A DNA stretch of 64,000 nt from an uncultured Candidatus Entotheonella sp. (GTDB taxonomy: Bacteria; Tectomicrobia; Entotheonellia; Entotheonellales; Entotheonellaceae): NCBI GenBank assembly GCA_965217185.1, contig OZ244252.1, positions 672,001 to 736,000 of the forward strand. The letters are read 5' to 3'. This document shows positions 11,488-20,493 of this stretch, one piece after another; within the stretch, counting starts at the first letter, position 1, and every line of letters starts with the position of its first letter. The position numbers were made by a program, and so were the translations under genes. The notes beneath the pieces are model-generated. The model was not told the origin of the DNA. It was given only the letters and a program-made list of their open reading frames with translations, and did no database searches.

Positions 11488-12558
11488 ATGAGGCACATGG
11501 ATATTCGACGCATTGGACGGACCTGGGGCCTGCTTATTGCAGTCGGCCTTGCATTCGGCGCTACGGCCATGGCTCAGGATGCTATGCCGACGGGTGAGCC
11601 CGGCTTCCTGGCTGACGGGGCCGAGCTGGAAATGCTGGTGAACGGCAAAGACCACGGCATCGTATTCACCGAAGGCGCCGCCGTGAGTTGTGACGGCATG
11701 GTGTATTTCAGCGATATCACCTTCACCGCGGGTTCGAAGACGGCGCGCGGCGGGCTGCTGGCTGGAGTGATCTGGAAGTATGACCCGGGCACCGGGGACC
11801 TGAGCGTGTATCGCTCTCCCAGCGGCATGTCCAACGGCATCAAATTCGACGCCAATTGTGACATGGTAAATGCGGAAGGCGCCGACTACGGCGGTCGCCG
11901 CATTATCCGTACCAACATGAAGACGGGCGTGGCTGAAGTCATCGCCGGGTTGTTCCGCGGCCAGCCGTTCAACGCCCCCAACGACGTCAGCATCGACGAG
12001 CAGGGCCGCGTTTACTTCAGCGACCCGCGCTATCTCGGCCACGAGCCGGTCATGCAGGCCACCATGGCCGTCTATCGCATCGACACTGATGGCACGGTGT
12101 CCCGCGTGGTCACCGATGCCGGCAAGCCTAACGGCGTGGCGGTATCGCCGGATCAGAAATCACTCTACGTGGTGAGCAACGACAACGGCGCTCTGGACCT
12201 CTTCCGGCTCGATGAGGGCGAGGGCAGCGTGAAGGGCCGCATGGCGTTGATGGCCTATGACCTGGCGGCAGACGGCAGCGCCAAATTCCGCAAGATGCTC
12301 GTTGATTACGCCCCCGAGGACGGCCCCGACGGCCTGGTAATGGACACCGAGGGCAACCTGTGGGTAGCGGTGCGCGACACCTCCCGGCCGGGCATCTACG
12401 CCTACGATCCGGACGGCGTGGAGAAAGCCTACATCCCGACGCCGGTTCCCACCAACGTCGGCTTTGGCCGTGGTGACAACAGCAACATCCTCTATATCAC
12501 CGCCGCCAACAACCTCTACCGCATTACGGTTGGCAAGACCGGTTATCACTTGCCGTAA
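11488..12558 (+). CDS. SMP-30/gluconolactonase family protein, secreted
   Basis: Signal peptide, FTEG, SNGI, FNAPND, PNGVAVSPD, GPDGL..D.EGNLW. Confidence 0.9.
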   Translation: MRHMDIRRIGRTWGLLIAVGLAFGATAMAQDAMPTGEPGFLADGAELEMLVNGKDHGIVFTEGAAVSCDGMVYFSDITFTAGSKTARGGLLAGVIWKYDPGTGDLSVYRSPSGMSNGIKFDANCDMVNAEGADYGGRRIIRTNMKTGVAEVIAGLFRGQPFNAPNDVSIDEQGRVYFSDPRYLGHEPVMQATMAVYRIDTDGTVSRVVTDAGKPNGVAVSPDQKSLYVVSNDNGALDLFRLDEGEGSVKGRMALMAYDLAADGSAKFRKMLVDYAPEDGPDGLVMDTEGNLWVAVRDTSRPGIYAYDPDGVEKAYIPTPVPTNVGFGRGDNSNILYITAANNLYRITVGKTGYHLP

Positions 12559-12589
12559 GTGACGACCGGCAAGCCGTTACGGCGCCCTG

Positions 12590-12632
12590 CTGCCACGATG
12601 CCCGCTCGCCGGGGGTCGTGGCAGTTTTTTTG
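12590..12632 (+). terminator. Rho-independent terminator
   Basis: CTGCCACGA...TCGTGGCAG stem followed by T7. Confidence 0.75.
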
Positions 12633-12668
12633 TATGCCCATCGGGCCGGGCGCAAGAGGAGAAAGCGG

Positions 12669-13268
12669 ATGTTCAGCGGCATTGTGGAAGAAACCGGCAC
12701 GGTTACACACCTTGAGGTGCGTTCCGGCGGCGCCACCTGCACGGTGCGGGCGCAGGTCGTGCTGGATGACGTCAAGATCGGCGATTCGATTGCCATCAAC
12801 GGCGCCTGCCTGACCGTGGTGCAGTTCGACGCCACCAGCTTTACGGTGGAATTGGCCCCCGAAACGCTGCGGAAAACGGCGCTCGGAGAGGTGCGCAGCG
12901 GCGACGACGTGAACCTCGAGCGTTCTCTGGCAGCCAACGGCCGCATCGGCGGCCACGTGGTGCAGGGGCACGTCGACGCCACCGCGGAGATCGTCGCCAT
13001 GCAGCCGGACGGCGAGGGCGTGCTGGCGACGTTCCGGGCGCCGGAGTCCCTGCTGCCCTACATCGTCTCCAAGGGCTACGTGGCCGTTGACGGCATGAGC
13101 CTGACGGTCGTCGATACCGGTCCGGATTGGTTCAGCATATCGTTTATCTCGCATACCCGGGCGGTGACCAGCGTGCGTCACTACGCGCCCGGGCGCCGTG
13201 TGAATCTCGAGGTCGACGTGCTGGGGAAATACGTTGAAAAACTCCTGGCGCACCGGACCGGGAGTTGA
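12669..13268 (+). CDS. ribE: Riboflavin synthase (alpha chain)
   Basis: MFSGIVEETG, GDSIAINGACLTV, VNLERS, GGHVVQGHVD. Confidence 0.95.
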   Translation: MFSGIVEETGTVTHLEVRSGGATCTVRAQVVLDDVKIGDSIAINGACLTVVQFDATSFTVELAPETLRKTALGEVRSGDDVNLERSLAANGRIGGHVVQGHVDATAEIVAMQPDGEGVLATFRAPESLLPYIVSKGYVAVDGMSLTVVDTGPDWFSISFISHTRAVTSVRHYAPGRRVNLEVDVLGKYVEKLLAHRTGS

Positions 13269-14440
13269 TGAAGGGGAAAGTTGTGGATTGGGCTAAACGT
13301 TTCTTGTGGCTTCCATTGGTTGTTGTCCTGCTGCTGGCCGGCCCGCTCGCGGCCGAGGAACCGACGCCCCTGACAGCAGTTCTGCCCGCCGGCGAGGTTG
13401 CCACGATTGCCTGCTTGTCGCCGTACGGCGCGCGCCAAAACGTGCCGGACTGGCCGCCGGACGGCATCTTTCACTACCGGCTCTACCTGCCGAGCGACTA
13501 CCACGAACAACCCGCCCGCCAGTACCCGCTCATGTTCATCGCTTCACCCGCCGGCGAGGCGCGTATGGGCCGCATGGCCGAACGCCTCACACGGGACCGC
13601 TGGGTGGTGGCGATGCTGGCCGAGTCGCGCAACCGTTCCGTGCTGTGGTATCCCAATTTCATGGCGACGTACAACGACGTGCTGAAGCGCGCGCGGGTGC
13701 ACCCGGAGATGCTGTTTTGCACCGGCTTTTCCGGCGGCGCGCGGGTGTGCAGCCACTACCCAAGCATTCGCCCCGGTTTTCAGGGCCTGATCCTGCAAGG
13801 GGCCGGCTATTCCGGGCGCGCCTGGGTGCTGACGCGCAGCAACGCCCGCGTTACGGTGTACGGCCTCTTTGGCGCCCGCGACCCGAATCGCCGCGAGGCG
13901 CGCCGCATTCGCCGCGCCCTGCCGCTGCATACCCGAAGCTTGGTGGAAATCTGGGACGGCGGGCACGAATGGGCACCGGCGCCGGCATTTGAGCGGGCGC
14001 TCGATTGGGCCGAGGATAAGACCCTCCTGGAAGCCGAGTACGACGCCGGCCGCGCCGACGTGTATACGTGGTATTTCATGAACAAGCTGGCGCGTTTTGA
14101 GAGGGCGACGAGCGACGTCGAGCGCTACGTACTGCGCCGCCTGCTGAAGACGCTCCCGGAGCGCTGGCACCTGGAGCTTGACGACGCCACCCGCGAACGC
14201 TTTCAAGCCGTCGATACCGCCCTGCGGGCGTTCTCTGAGGACGACACCCTGCAGCGCGAGATCGCGGCGCACGACGCCTTTGACAAGGCACTGCGCGCCG
14301 ACGAGGCGCAGCGGGTCGGCGACTTGTCCGAGATCATTCAGCAGTACGGGGAAATCACCGAACGCTACCCCAACACCCAATTCGGCCAGCGCGCCCTGGT
14401 ACGGCAGCAATCGGTGCACTGGGAAATGGGGGCGCCTTAG
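13268..14440 (+). CDS. Secreted alpha/beta-hydrolase-like protein
   Basis: Signal peptide, YLPSDY...YPLMF, GFSGG nucleophile elbow, GGHEW. Confidence 0.6.
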   Translation: MKGKVVDWAKRFLWLPLVVVLLLAGPLAAEEPTPLTAVLPAGEVATIACLSPYGARQNVPDWPPDGIFHYRLYLPSDYHEQPARQYPLMFIASPAGEARMGRMAERLTRDRWVVAMLAESRNRSVLWYPNFMATYNDVLKRARVHPEMLFCTGFSGGARVCSHYPSIRPGFQGLILQGAGYSGRAWVLTRSNARVTVYGLFGARDPNRREARRIRRALPLHTRSLVEIWDGGHEWAPAPAFERALDWAEDKTLLEAEYDAGRADVYTWYFMNKLARFERATSDVERYVLRRLLKTLPERWHLELDDATRERFQAVDTALRAFSEDDTLQREIAAHDAFDKALRADEAQRVGDLSEIIQQYGEITERYPNTQFGQRALVRQQSVHWEMGAP

Positions 14441-14454
14441 CGGCGGGCGAAAAT

Positions 14455-14486
14455 GTAGGTCGGATTAGCCGAAGCGTAATCCGACA
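14455..14486 (+). repeat. GTAG-type REP palindrome, copy 2
   Basis: GTAGGTCGGATTAGCCGAAGCGTAATCCGACA. Confidence 0.85.
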
Positions 14487-14499
14487 TTCCACTGCTGCT

Positions 14500-14540
14500 C
14501 CCTCTCCCCACGGAGGGAGAGGGTTGGGGTGAGGGGGAAA
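14500..14540. repeat. CCCTCTCC..GGAGAGGG-TTGGGGTGAGGGG intergenic palindromic repeat
   Basis: Near-identical copy at 52203-52242, diverged inverse copy at 24598-24640. Confidence 0.75.
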
Positions 14541-14588
14541 TCGAAGGTGCGGCACTACTAAACGACGTACACAGGAAGACAATTCGAA

Positions 14589-17453
14589 ATGCCCATGACA
14601 CCCGGCGCCTTTATCGCCAAGTGGCGCGCCTCAGAGCTCAAGGAGCGCTCCGCGTCGCAGGAGCATTTCATCGACCTGTGCCGACTGCTGGATGAGCCGA
14701 CCCCCGCCGATGCCGACCCGACCGGCGAGCACTACTGCTTCGAGCGCGGCGCCCGCAAGGACAGCGGCGGCGACGGCTGGGCCGACGTGTGGAAACGGCA
14801 TCACTTCGCCTGGGAATACAAAGGCAAGCACGCCAACCTCGACGCCGCCTTCAACCAGTTGCGGCAATACGCCTTGGCCCTTGAAAACCCGCCGCTGCTG
14901 ATCGTCTCCGACATGGCGCGCTTCCGCATCCGCACCAACTGGACCAACAGCGTCAGCGAATCGCACGAATTCACCCTGGACGACCTCGCCGACGCAGCCA
15001 TCCGCGACAAGCTCAAGTGGGCTGTGTCCGACCCCGAACGGCTGCGGCCGGGCGAGAGCCGCCAGGCGCTCACCGAGCGCGCCGCGGCGACCTTCGCGGC
15101 GCTGGCGCAGTCGTTGCGAGAACGCGGCCACGAACCGCAGGCGGTGGCGCATTTCGTCAACCGGCTCGTCTTCTGCATGTTCGCCGAGGACGTCGGCTTG
15201 CTGCGCGACAACATGTTCACGCGCATGCTGGAACGGGCGCGCCTTCGGCCAGAGAGGTTTAGCAACATGGCTCGCACCCTGTTTGGAGCCATGGCAACGG
15301 GGGGTGAGATCGGTTTCGAGACGGTCGATTGGTTCAACGGCGGATTGTTTGATGACGACACGGCCTTGCCGTTGAACAAGACCGAGATTGAAACCACCCT
15401 CAAGGCATCGGCGCTCGACTGGTCGGAGATTGACCCCTCCATCCTGGGCACGCTGTTCGAGCGCGGCCTCGACCCGAGCAAGCGCTCGCAGCTTGGCGCC
15501 CACTACACCGACCGTGACAAGATCATGCGCATCATCGAGCCGGTGGTGATTCGCCCGTGGCTGGCTGAGTGGGAGACGGCGAAAATCCGCATCGTGTCCA
15601 GCCTGGACAGGCAAGCAGCCGCCCGGTCAGCGCCTGCGCAGAGCAGACAACGCCGGGAGGCCGAGCGGTTGCTGGGCGACTTTCTCAAACGGCTGCGCGC
15701 CTTCACGGTGCTCGACCCTGCCTGCGGTTCGGGCAACTTCCTGTATCTGGCGCTGCAGGTGCTCAAGGACCTGGAGCACCGGGTGCAGTTGGAGGCCGAA
15801 GCGCTGGGGCTTCCCCGCGCCTTTCCCGAGACTGGCCCGGCCAACGTCAAGGGGATCGAGATCAACCCGTACGCTGCGGAGCTGGCCCGCGTCTCGGTGT
15901 GGATCGGTGAGATTCAGTGGATGCGCCGCAACGGTTTTGCCGGCTCCCGCGATCCGATTCTGAAGCCGTTGGACACCATCGAATGCCGCGACGCGGTGCT
16001 GTCGCCGGAGGGCTGCGAACCGGAATGGCCGGCGGCGGACGTGGTGGTGGGCAACCCGCCGTTTCTTGGTAGCCAGCGTTTTCGGACTGTTCTTGGTGAT
16101 TCTTATACGGAAAGATTGCGAGTGGCGTATGAGAGTCGGGTTCCGGGTAGCGCGGATTTAGTCTGCTTTTGGTTCAGCAAGGCAGGCAAGCTGGTGGCAG
16201 AGGGAAAAATTTGCCGCGTTGGTCTCGTTGCTACCAATTCGATTCGCAGTGGCGCAAGCCGCCAAGCCCTTGAGGTTGCTGTCCAAAACTGCTCCATATT
16301 TGAGGCCTGGAGCGATGAACCTTGGGTGACTGAGGGAGCTGCAGTACGAGTTTCCCTCGTATGTTTCTCGCAAAGTGGGGATCAATCACTGTCAGAACGA
16401 CGGCTAGACGGGCAGCCGGTAGACGAAATCTACTCCGATTTGACCGCCGGTCTTGGCAAAACTGGAGTTGATCTGACGAAAGCTCGGCAGATTCTGAAAA
16501 ACACCGGAATCAGCTTTCAGGGTCCAGTCAAGGTCGGTCCATTCGATATTCCCGGTGAACTTGCTCGGGAATGGCTTCAGCTCCCCGCGAATCCAAACAG
16601 ACGACCCAACTCCGACGTGTTGAAACCCTGGATCAACGGCATGGATATTACCCGACGACCCACTGGTAGATGGATTATCGACTTCGCTCAAATGTCGGAG
16701 ACAGAAGCTTGCTTCTACGAAGAACCGTTCCGATATGTGAGGAATCATGTTTACCCGGTACGGCGAGAGAATAATCGTAAGAGGCGTCGGATTTATTGGT
16801 GGCAACATGGAGAGACAAACCCGGGTATGTGGGGGGCCCTCAGTCGGCTGTCTCGCTACATTGCTACTTCACGCATTGCAAAGCATCGAGCATTCGTCTG
16901 GTGTGATGTTCGGGTGTGTCCAGATACACGAATAGTTGTGATTGCGCGCGACGACGCTACTACTTTTGGCATCCTGCATAGCCGCTTTCATGAGGCGTGG
17001 TCGCTTCGGCTCGGTAGTAGCTTGGAAGATCGTCCATTCTATACGCCAACGACTACCTTCGAGACCTTCCCGTTTCCCGAAGGGCTGTCCCCCGACATCC
17101 CCGTTTTGGCGTACGCAGACGACCCGCGCGCCATCGGCATTGCCGAGGCCGCACGGCGACTGGTCGAGCTGCGCGACCGCTGGCTCAACCCGCCCGAATG
17201 GGTGGAATGGATCGACGAGCCGGTCCCTGGCTATCCCAAACGCCCGGTGCCCCGAGACGAAGCCGCCGCCAAGGAACTCAAGAAACGCACCCTGACCAAC
17301 CTCTACAACACCCGCCCGCAATGGCTTGCCGATGCACATGCTGCTCTTGATGCCGCAGTCGCCGTGGCCTATGGGTGGCCGGTAGACATTTCCGAGGACG
17401 AAGCGCTGCGGGAGTTGTTGGGGCTTAATTTGGGGAATTATATACTTGACTAA
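14589..17453 (+). CDS. MmeI-like (type IIL/IIG) single-chain restriction-modification enzyme / N6-adenine methyltransferase
   Basis: N-terminal D..x..EYK nuclease-like motif (ADVW...WEYKG), GAHYT, DPACGSGNFL, GNPPF, C-terminal TFETFPFP and LTNLYN. Confidence 0.9.
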   Translation: MPMTPGAFIAKWRASELKERSASQEHFIDLCRLLDEPTPADADPTGEHYCFERGARKDSGGDGWADVWKRHHFAWEYKGKHANLDAAFNQLRQYALALENPPLLIVSDMARFRIRTNWTNSVSESHEFTLDDLADAAIRDKLKWAVSDPERLRPGESRQALTERAAATFAALAQSLRERGHEPQAVAHFVNRLVFCMFAEDVGLLRDNMFTRMLERARLRPERFSNMARTLFGAMATGGEIGFETVDWFNGGLFDDDTALPLNKTEIETTLKASALDWSEIDPSILGTLFERGLDPSKRSQLGAHYTDRDKIMRIIEPVVIRPWLAEWETAKIRIVSSLDRQAAARSAPAQSRQRREAERLLGDFLKRLRAFTVLDPACGSGNFLYLALQVLKDLEHRVQLEAEALGLPRAFPETGPANVKGIEINPYAAELARVSVWIGEIQWMRRNGFAGSRDPILKPLDTIECRDAVLSPEGCEPEWPAADVVVGNPPFLGSQRFRTVLGDSYTERLRVAYESRVPGSADLVCFWFSKAGKLVAEGKICRVGLVATNSIRSGASRQALEVAVQNCSIFEAWSDEPWVTEGAAVRVSLVCFSQSGDQSLSERRLDGQPVDEIYSDLTAGLGKTGVDLTKARQILKNTGISFQGPVKVGPFDIPGELAREWLQLPANPNRRPNSDVLKPWINGMDITRRPTGRWIIDFAQMSETEACFYEEPFRYVRNHVYPVRRENNRKRRRIYWWQHGETNPGMWGALSRLSRYIATSRIAKHRAFVWCDVRVCPDTRIVVIARDDATTFGILHSRFHEAWSLRLGSSLEDRPFYTPTTTFETFPFPEGLSPDIPVLAYADDPRAIGIAEAARRLVELRDRWLNPPEWVEWIDEPVPGYPKRPVPRDEAAAKELKKRTLTNLYNTRPQWLADAHAALDAAVAVAYGWPVDISEDEALRELLGLNLGNYILD

Positions 17454-18477
17454 CATAGCCCGTCCATGTTAGGATTGTCACGAAATAAACAATCACTCAT
17501 GGAAAGGGCAAGTCATGGCAAAGGCACCCGGCAAATCGCACCGCAAGGGCATCACCCTTGCACAACTCTTGAAGCAGTATCCCGACGATGCCAGCGCTGA
17601 AAAAGCGTTTGTTGCTCGACGTTGGCCGAATGGCATGACCTGTCCGCATTGCGGTGATATGGACATCCAAGAGCGCACCACGCACCCCGAAATGCCATAT
17701 CGCTGCCGTGGCTGCAAGAAGTTCTTCTCCGCCAAAACCGGAACCGTGATGCAAGGATCGAAGATCGGCTATCAGGCATGGCTCATCGCCATGTACTCGC
17801 TGCTGACGAACCTCAAGGGTACGAGCAGCATGAAACTTCACCGCGACCTGGGCATCACGCAAAAATCAGCTTGGCACTTGGCACACCGAATCCGGGAAGC
17901 CTGGGCTGACAAGCAAGCACCGTTCGCCGGGCCGGTTGAAGTGGATGAGACGTTTGTAGGCGGGCTGGAAGGAAACAAGCACGGCAACAAGAAGCTGCGG
18001 GCCGGTCGCGGCACGGTGGGCAAGACCGCGGTTGCCGGTGTGCGGGATCGGGAGACTGGCAAGGTACAGGCGGCCGTTGTGGCGAGTACCGACAAAGAGA
18101 CGCTGCAAGGCTTCGTGCAGGGCAACATCGTTGAAGGGGCGACGATCTACAGCGATGACGCCTCAGCTTATGACGGCCTGCCGAACCATGAAACCGTGAA
18201 GCACAGTGTCGGCGAGTACGTGCGGCAGCAGCTTCACACCAACGGCGTCGAGAGCTTTTGGGCCATGTTCAAACGCGGGCAGAAAGGCGTCTACCACAAG
18301 ACGAGTCCGAAGCACTTGCGCCGGTACGTTACGGAGTTCGTCGGCAGGCACAACAAGCGCCCACTTGATACGGACGATCAAATGGGCGCTCTGGTGTGTG
18401 GGATGGAAGGGAGACGGCTGAAGTACGCTGAATTCATCGCCGACAACGGTTTGGAATCAGGAGCGCGGAGCGCCTAG
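17433..18477 (+). mobile_element. IS1595-family insertion sequence (probable left end plus transposase; right end not found)
   Basis: GGGAATTATATACTTGAC end-like sequence overlapping the MTase C-terminus, followed by the transposase. Confidence 0.7.
17515..18477 (+). CDS. IS1595-family transposase
   Basis: Zn ribbon CPHCG/CRGC, VEVDETFVGG, IYSDD, HTNGVESFWA. Confidence 0.93.
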   Translation: MAKAPGKSHRKGITLAQLLKQYPDDASAEKAFVARRWPNGMTCPHCGDMDIQERTTHPEMPYRCRGCKKFFSAKTGTVMQGSKIGYQAWLIAMYSLLTNLKGTSSMKLHRDLGITQKSAWHLAHRIREAWADKQAPFAGPVEVDETFVGGLEGNKHGNKKLRAGRGTVGKTAVAGVRDRETGKVQAAVVASTDKETLQGFVQGNIVEGATIYSDDASAYDGLPNHETVKHSVGEYVRQQLHTNGVESFWAMFKRGQKGVYHKTSPKHLRRYVTEFVGRHNKRPLDTDDQMGALVCGMEGRRLKYAEFIADNGLESGARSA

Positions 18478-18480
18478 TCG

Positions 18481-18694
18481 TTACCCGCGAAGGACAGCCT
18501 TCTTGATTAAGGCGATGTCATCCTTCATGGACGATATGCCGCTCTTTATTGTAGCAAGGTCATCTTCCACCCGCGCTAGGCGACTCTCTACCCGACCTAA
18601 GCGATCCTCTTATACGTCTTTGGCCATCACGAAGCGCAGTCAAGTCTTCATAGACTTGTGCCATGCTGACAGGATCATCAGCCGCCTGTACCAT
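18481..18694 (-). pseudogene. Small coiled-coil protein with a +1 frameshift near 18610
   Basis: MVQAADDPVSMAQVYEDLTALRDGQRRI / EDRLGRVESRLARVEDDLATIK..LRG* joins if one A is removed; GGAGG RBS. Confidence 0.6.
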
Positions 18695-18893
18695 GCTCGC
18701 CTCCCTCCGTTTCATCTCGCCAGTTCGGTTTGATGTCGTCGAGGATCAGTTCATACAACTTGCGGTTGTACAGGATTCCGGCTTTTATCTCGCCGAAGCC
18801 AACTCTCATTTGCTCCTGTAGTTCCGCAATGGCCTCCCTGAACTCGCCCTTGGTGACGTAATCCCCATCATCCCGTCTGGTTGCTTGCACCAT
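18678..18893 (-). CDS. Small coiled-coil hypothetical protein
   Basis: YVTKGEFREAIAEL; RBS; overlaps its neighbours. Confidence 0.6.
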   Translation of the reverse strand: MVQATRRDDGDYVTKGEFREAIAELQEQMRVGFGEIKAGILYNRKLYELILDDIKPNWRDETEGGEHGTGG

Positions 18894-19071
18894 ACGCGCT
18901 TCCCTTCTGCTGTTGCAGGTACTTCCACTCGCTGCGCTTCTTGGTTGGTGTAGTCACCACGGCATCCATGACGTTTTCGAGACTGTCGGGGATTGGCTCA
19001 GGCATGGTCAAGGTAGGTGGCCGTCCCGCCTTACGTCCCTTTGTCCGCCTGTTTGCTTCGGATTTGGGCAT
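18868..19071 (-). CDS. Small basic hypothetical protein
   Basis: GGAG RBS; GRPP AT-hook-like motif then MPEPIPDSLEN. Confidence 0.6.
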   Translation of the reverse strand: MPKSEANRRTKGRKAGRPPTLTMPEPIPDSLENVMDAVVTTPTKKRSEWKYLQQQKGSAYGASNQTG

Positions 19072-19089
19072 AGGGTTTCTCCAGGTCAA

Positions 19090-19266
19090 TTACGGCAACA
19101 ATTTCGCAATAGCCATCGCCAAGCCAGCAGCCACAGCCATGCCACCAAGAACACCGCCTAATACCCATGCCTTGGTAGCAAGATGTGGAATGACAGCTTC
19201 GATCCTTGCGACTCGTTGCCCTAGTTTGTCGTCTCCCTCTTCGGACAGGAGGCCCGATTGGGTCAT
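19090..19266 (-). CDS. 58-aa protein with LATK motif and C-terminal TM helix (not in ORF track)
   Basis: MTQSG...RVARIEAVIPHLATKAWVLGGVLGGMAVAAGLAMAIAKLLP*; AGGAGAG RBS. Confidence 0.65.
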   Translation of the reverse strand: MTQSGLLSEEGDDKLGQRVARIEAVIPHLATKAWVLGGVLGGMAVAAGLAMAIAKLLP

Positions 19267-19312
19267 GGGTGCTCTCCTCGCCTGCTTGCTTCGGTTGTTG
19301 TGAGTTGAAACA

Positions 19313-19342
19313 AGACAGGGAACCCGTGGGGGTTCCCTGTCT
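19313..19342 (-). terminator. Perfect 13-bp hairpin, probable terminator
   Basis: AGACAGGGAACCC-N4-GGGTTCCCTGTCT, followed by TGTTT on the minus strand, downstream of the OMP stop. Confidence 0.55.
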
Positions 19343-19388
19343 AAGTGCGCCTAGCATACAAGCTAGATGATTGTCAAACAAGAGCCGC

Positions 19389-20367
19389 TCAGAACAGGTA
19401 TCGGAAGGAGAGGCCGAGTTGATTGAACCAGGACTCAACGTCCTCGCCGAACATGCCCACGTAGCGCCATTGCAGCGAGACGCGCATGGGGTCGGCCAGG
19501 ATGATGTCGAAACCGGCGGCTATCTGGAAGGCCACGCCGGTCAGGGCGTCGTCGTACACGTCGGCGACGTGCATGGACTGGCCCGCGTCGACGAGGGTGT
19601 ACTTGGCTTCGGTGTGATACGCGGCCTTCGCCTTGTTAGGGCGTAGGTCTCAAATTGACCAGTTAGGCGGCCCGTCCGTGCGCCAATTTTGTAGATAAAC
19701 CAACAATACCCCAGAGGAGTGCTGCCCATCACCCACCGTCCTACGTGACACTTTGTCACCTCGCGCATCAATCATGTCCCCAAGCCGTACCAAACCCCCT
19801 CAGAATCGCTCAATTTCGGACTTACACCCCCTTGTTATGGAACAAGCCGACGCCAGCGCCCGCAAAAGGCGTCACCCGCCACGGGAGATCGAAGTCAAAC
19901 CAGGCATTGGCCATGAGGCGGGTGCTGCGCGTTCTGATGTCCCGCCAGTCGGTGGCGGACTCAAACTCGACGGCCTTGCCCTCGTACTGGCTGAGGCCGA
20001 GCAGTTCTTGCCGCCGCGCTTCAATCAGTTGGTCTCGCTGGTCGGCGTACCCGGCAAGGTCGATGCCGGCGAGGGTGGTATCGTCCAAGTAAGCTCGGTT
20101 CTTGGCTTCCTTGCCCCCCTGGAAGGTGGCCTCAAGTTCAAGCCGCCAGAGTCCGAGGTCGTATCCAGCGGCGATGCCGAGAGCGACGCCGCGGTTGACC
20201 TTGTAGGTGTCTTTGGAGCCTTGGTTGAATCGCACCTGTCCGTTGTGGATGGCGATGACGGGTGAAACGTAAAAGCCCTTGGGCGAATCGTGTTGAGCAG
20301 CGATCGAGTCAGGACGGAGGAGAAACAGCAGGCAAACCAGGACGGCAAAACCGAGGCAACGCCTCAT
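19389..20367 (-). pseudogene. Outer-membrane beta-barrel (Opa/porin-like) gene interrupted by a MITE
   Basis: Signal peptide, AAGYD..RLELE, LMANAWFDF..TPFAGAGVG, AFQIAAG, terminal RYLF; frame restored on removing the MITE and one TSD copy. Confidence 0.85.
19639..19829. mobile_element. 191-bp MITE
   Basis: 20-bp imperfect TIRs (GGGCGTAGGTCTCAAATTGA vs GGGTGTAAGTCCGAAATTGA, 16/20); TSD CCTTGTTA at 19631-19638 and 19830-19837. Confidence 0.9.
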
Positions 20368-20493
20368 AGGGACTCCTCTCTTGTCAAGGTGTTCTCCCCG
20401 GCGCCGTGGTTGGCGCCGGGCTGTTGCGAACACCTCCACAGACAGGCTGAGTATGAGTTCAGTCCCCGCCAGAGAGAAGAACCATTAACGCCA

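Noticed and set aside
12559..12668. FMN riboswitch upstream of riboflavin synthase
   Set aside because: No RFN consensus seen; only a terminator hairpin
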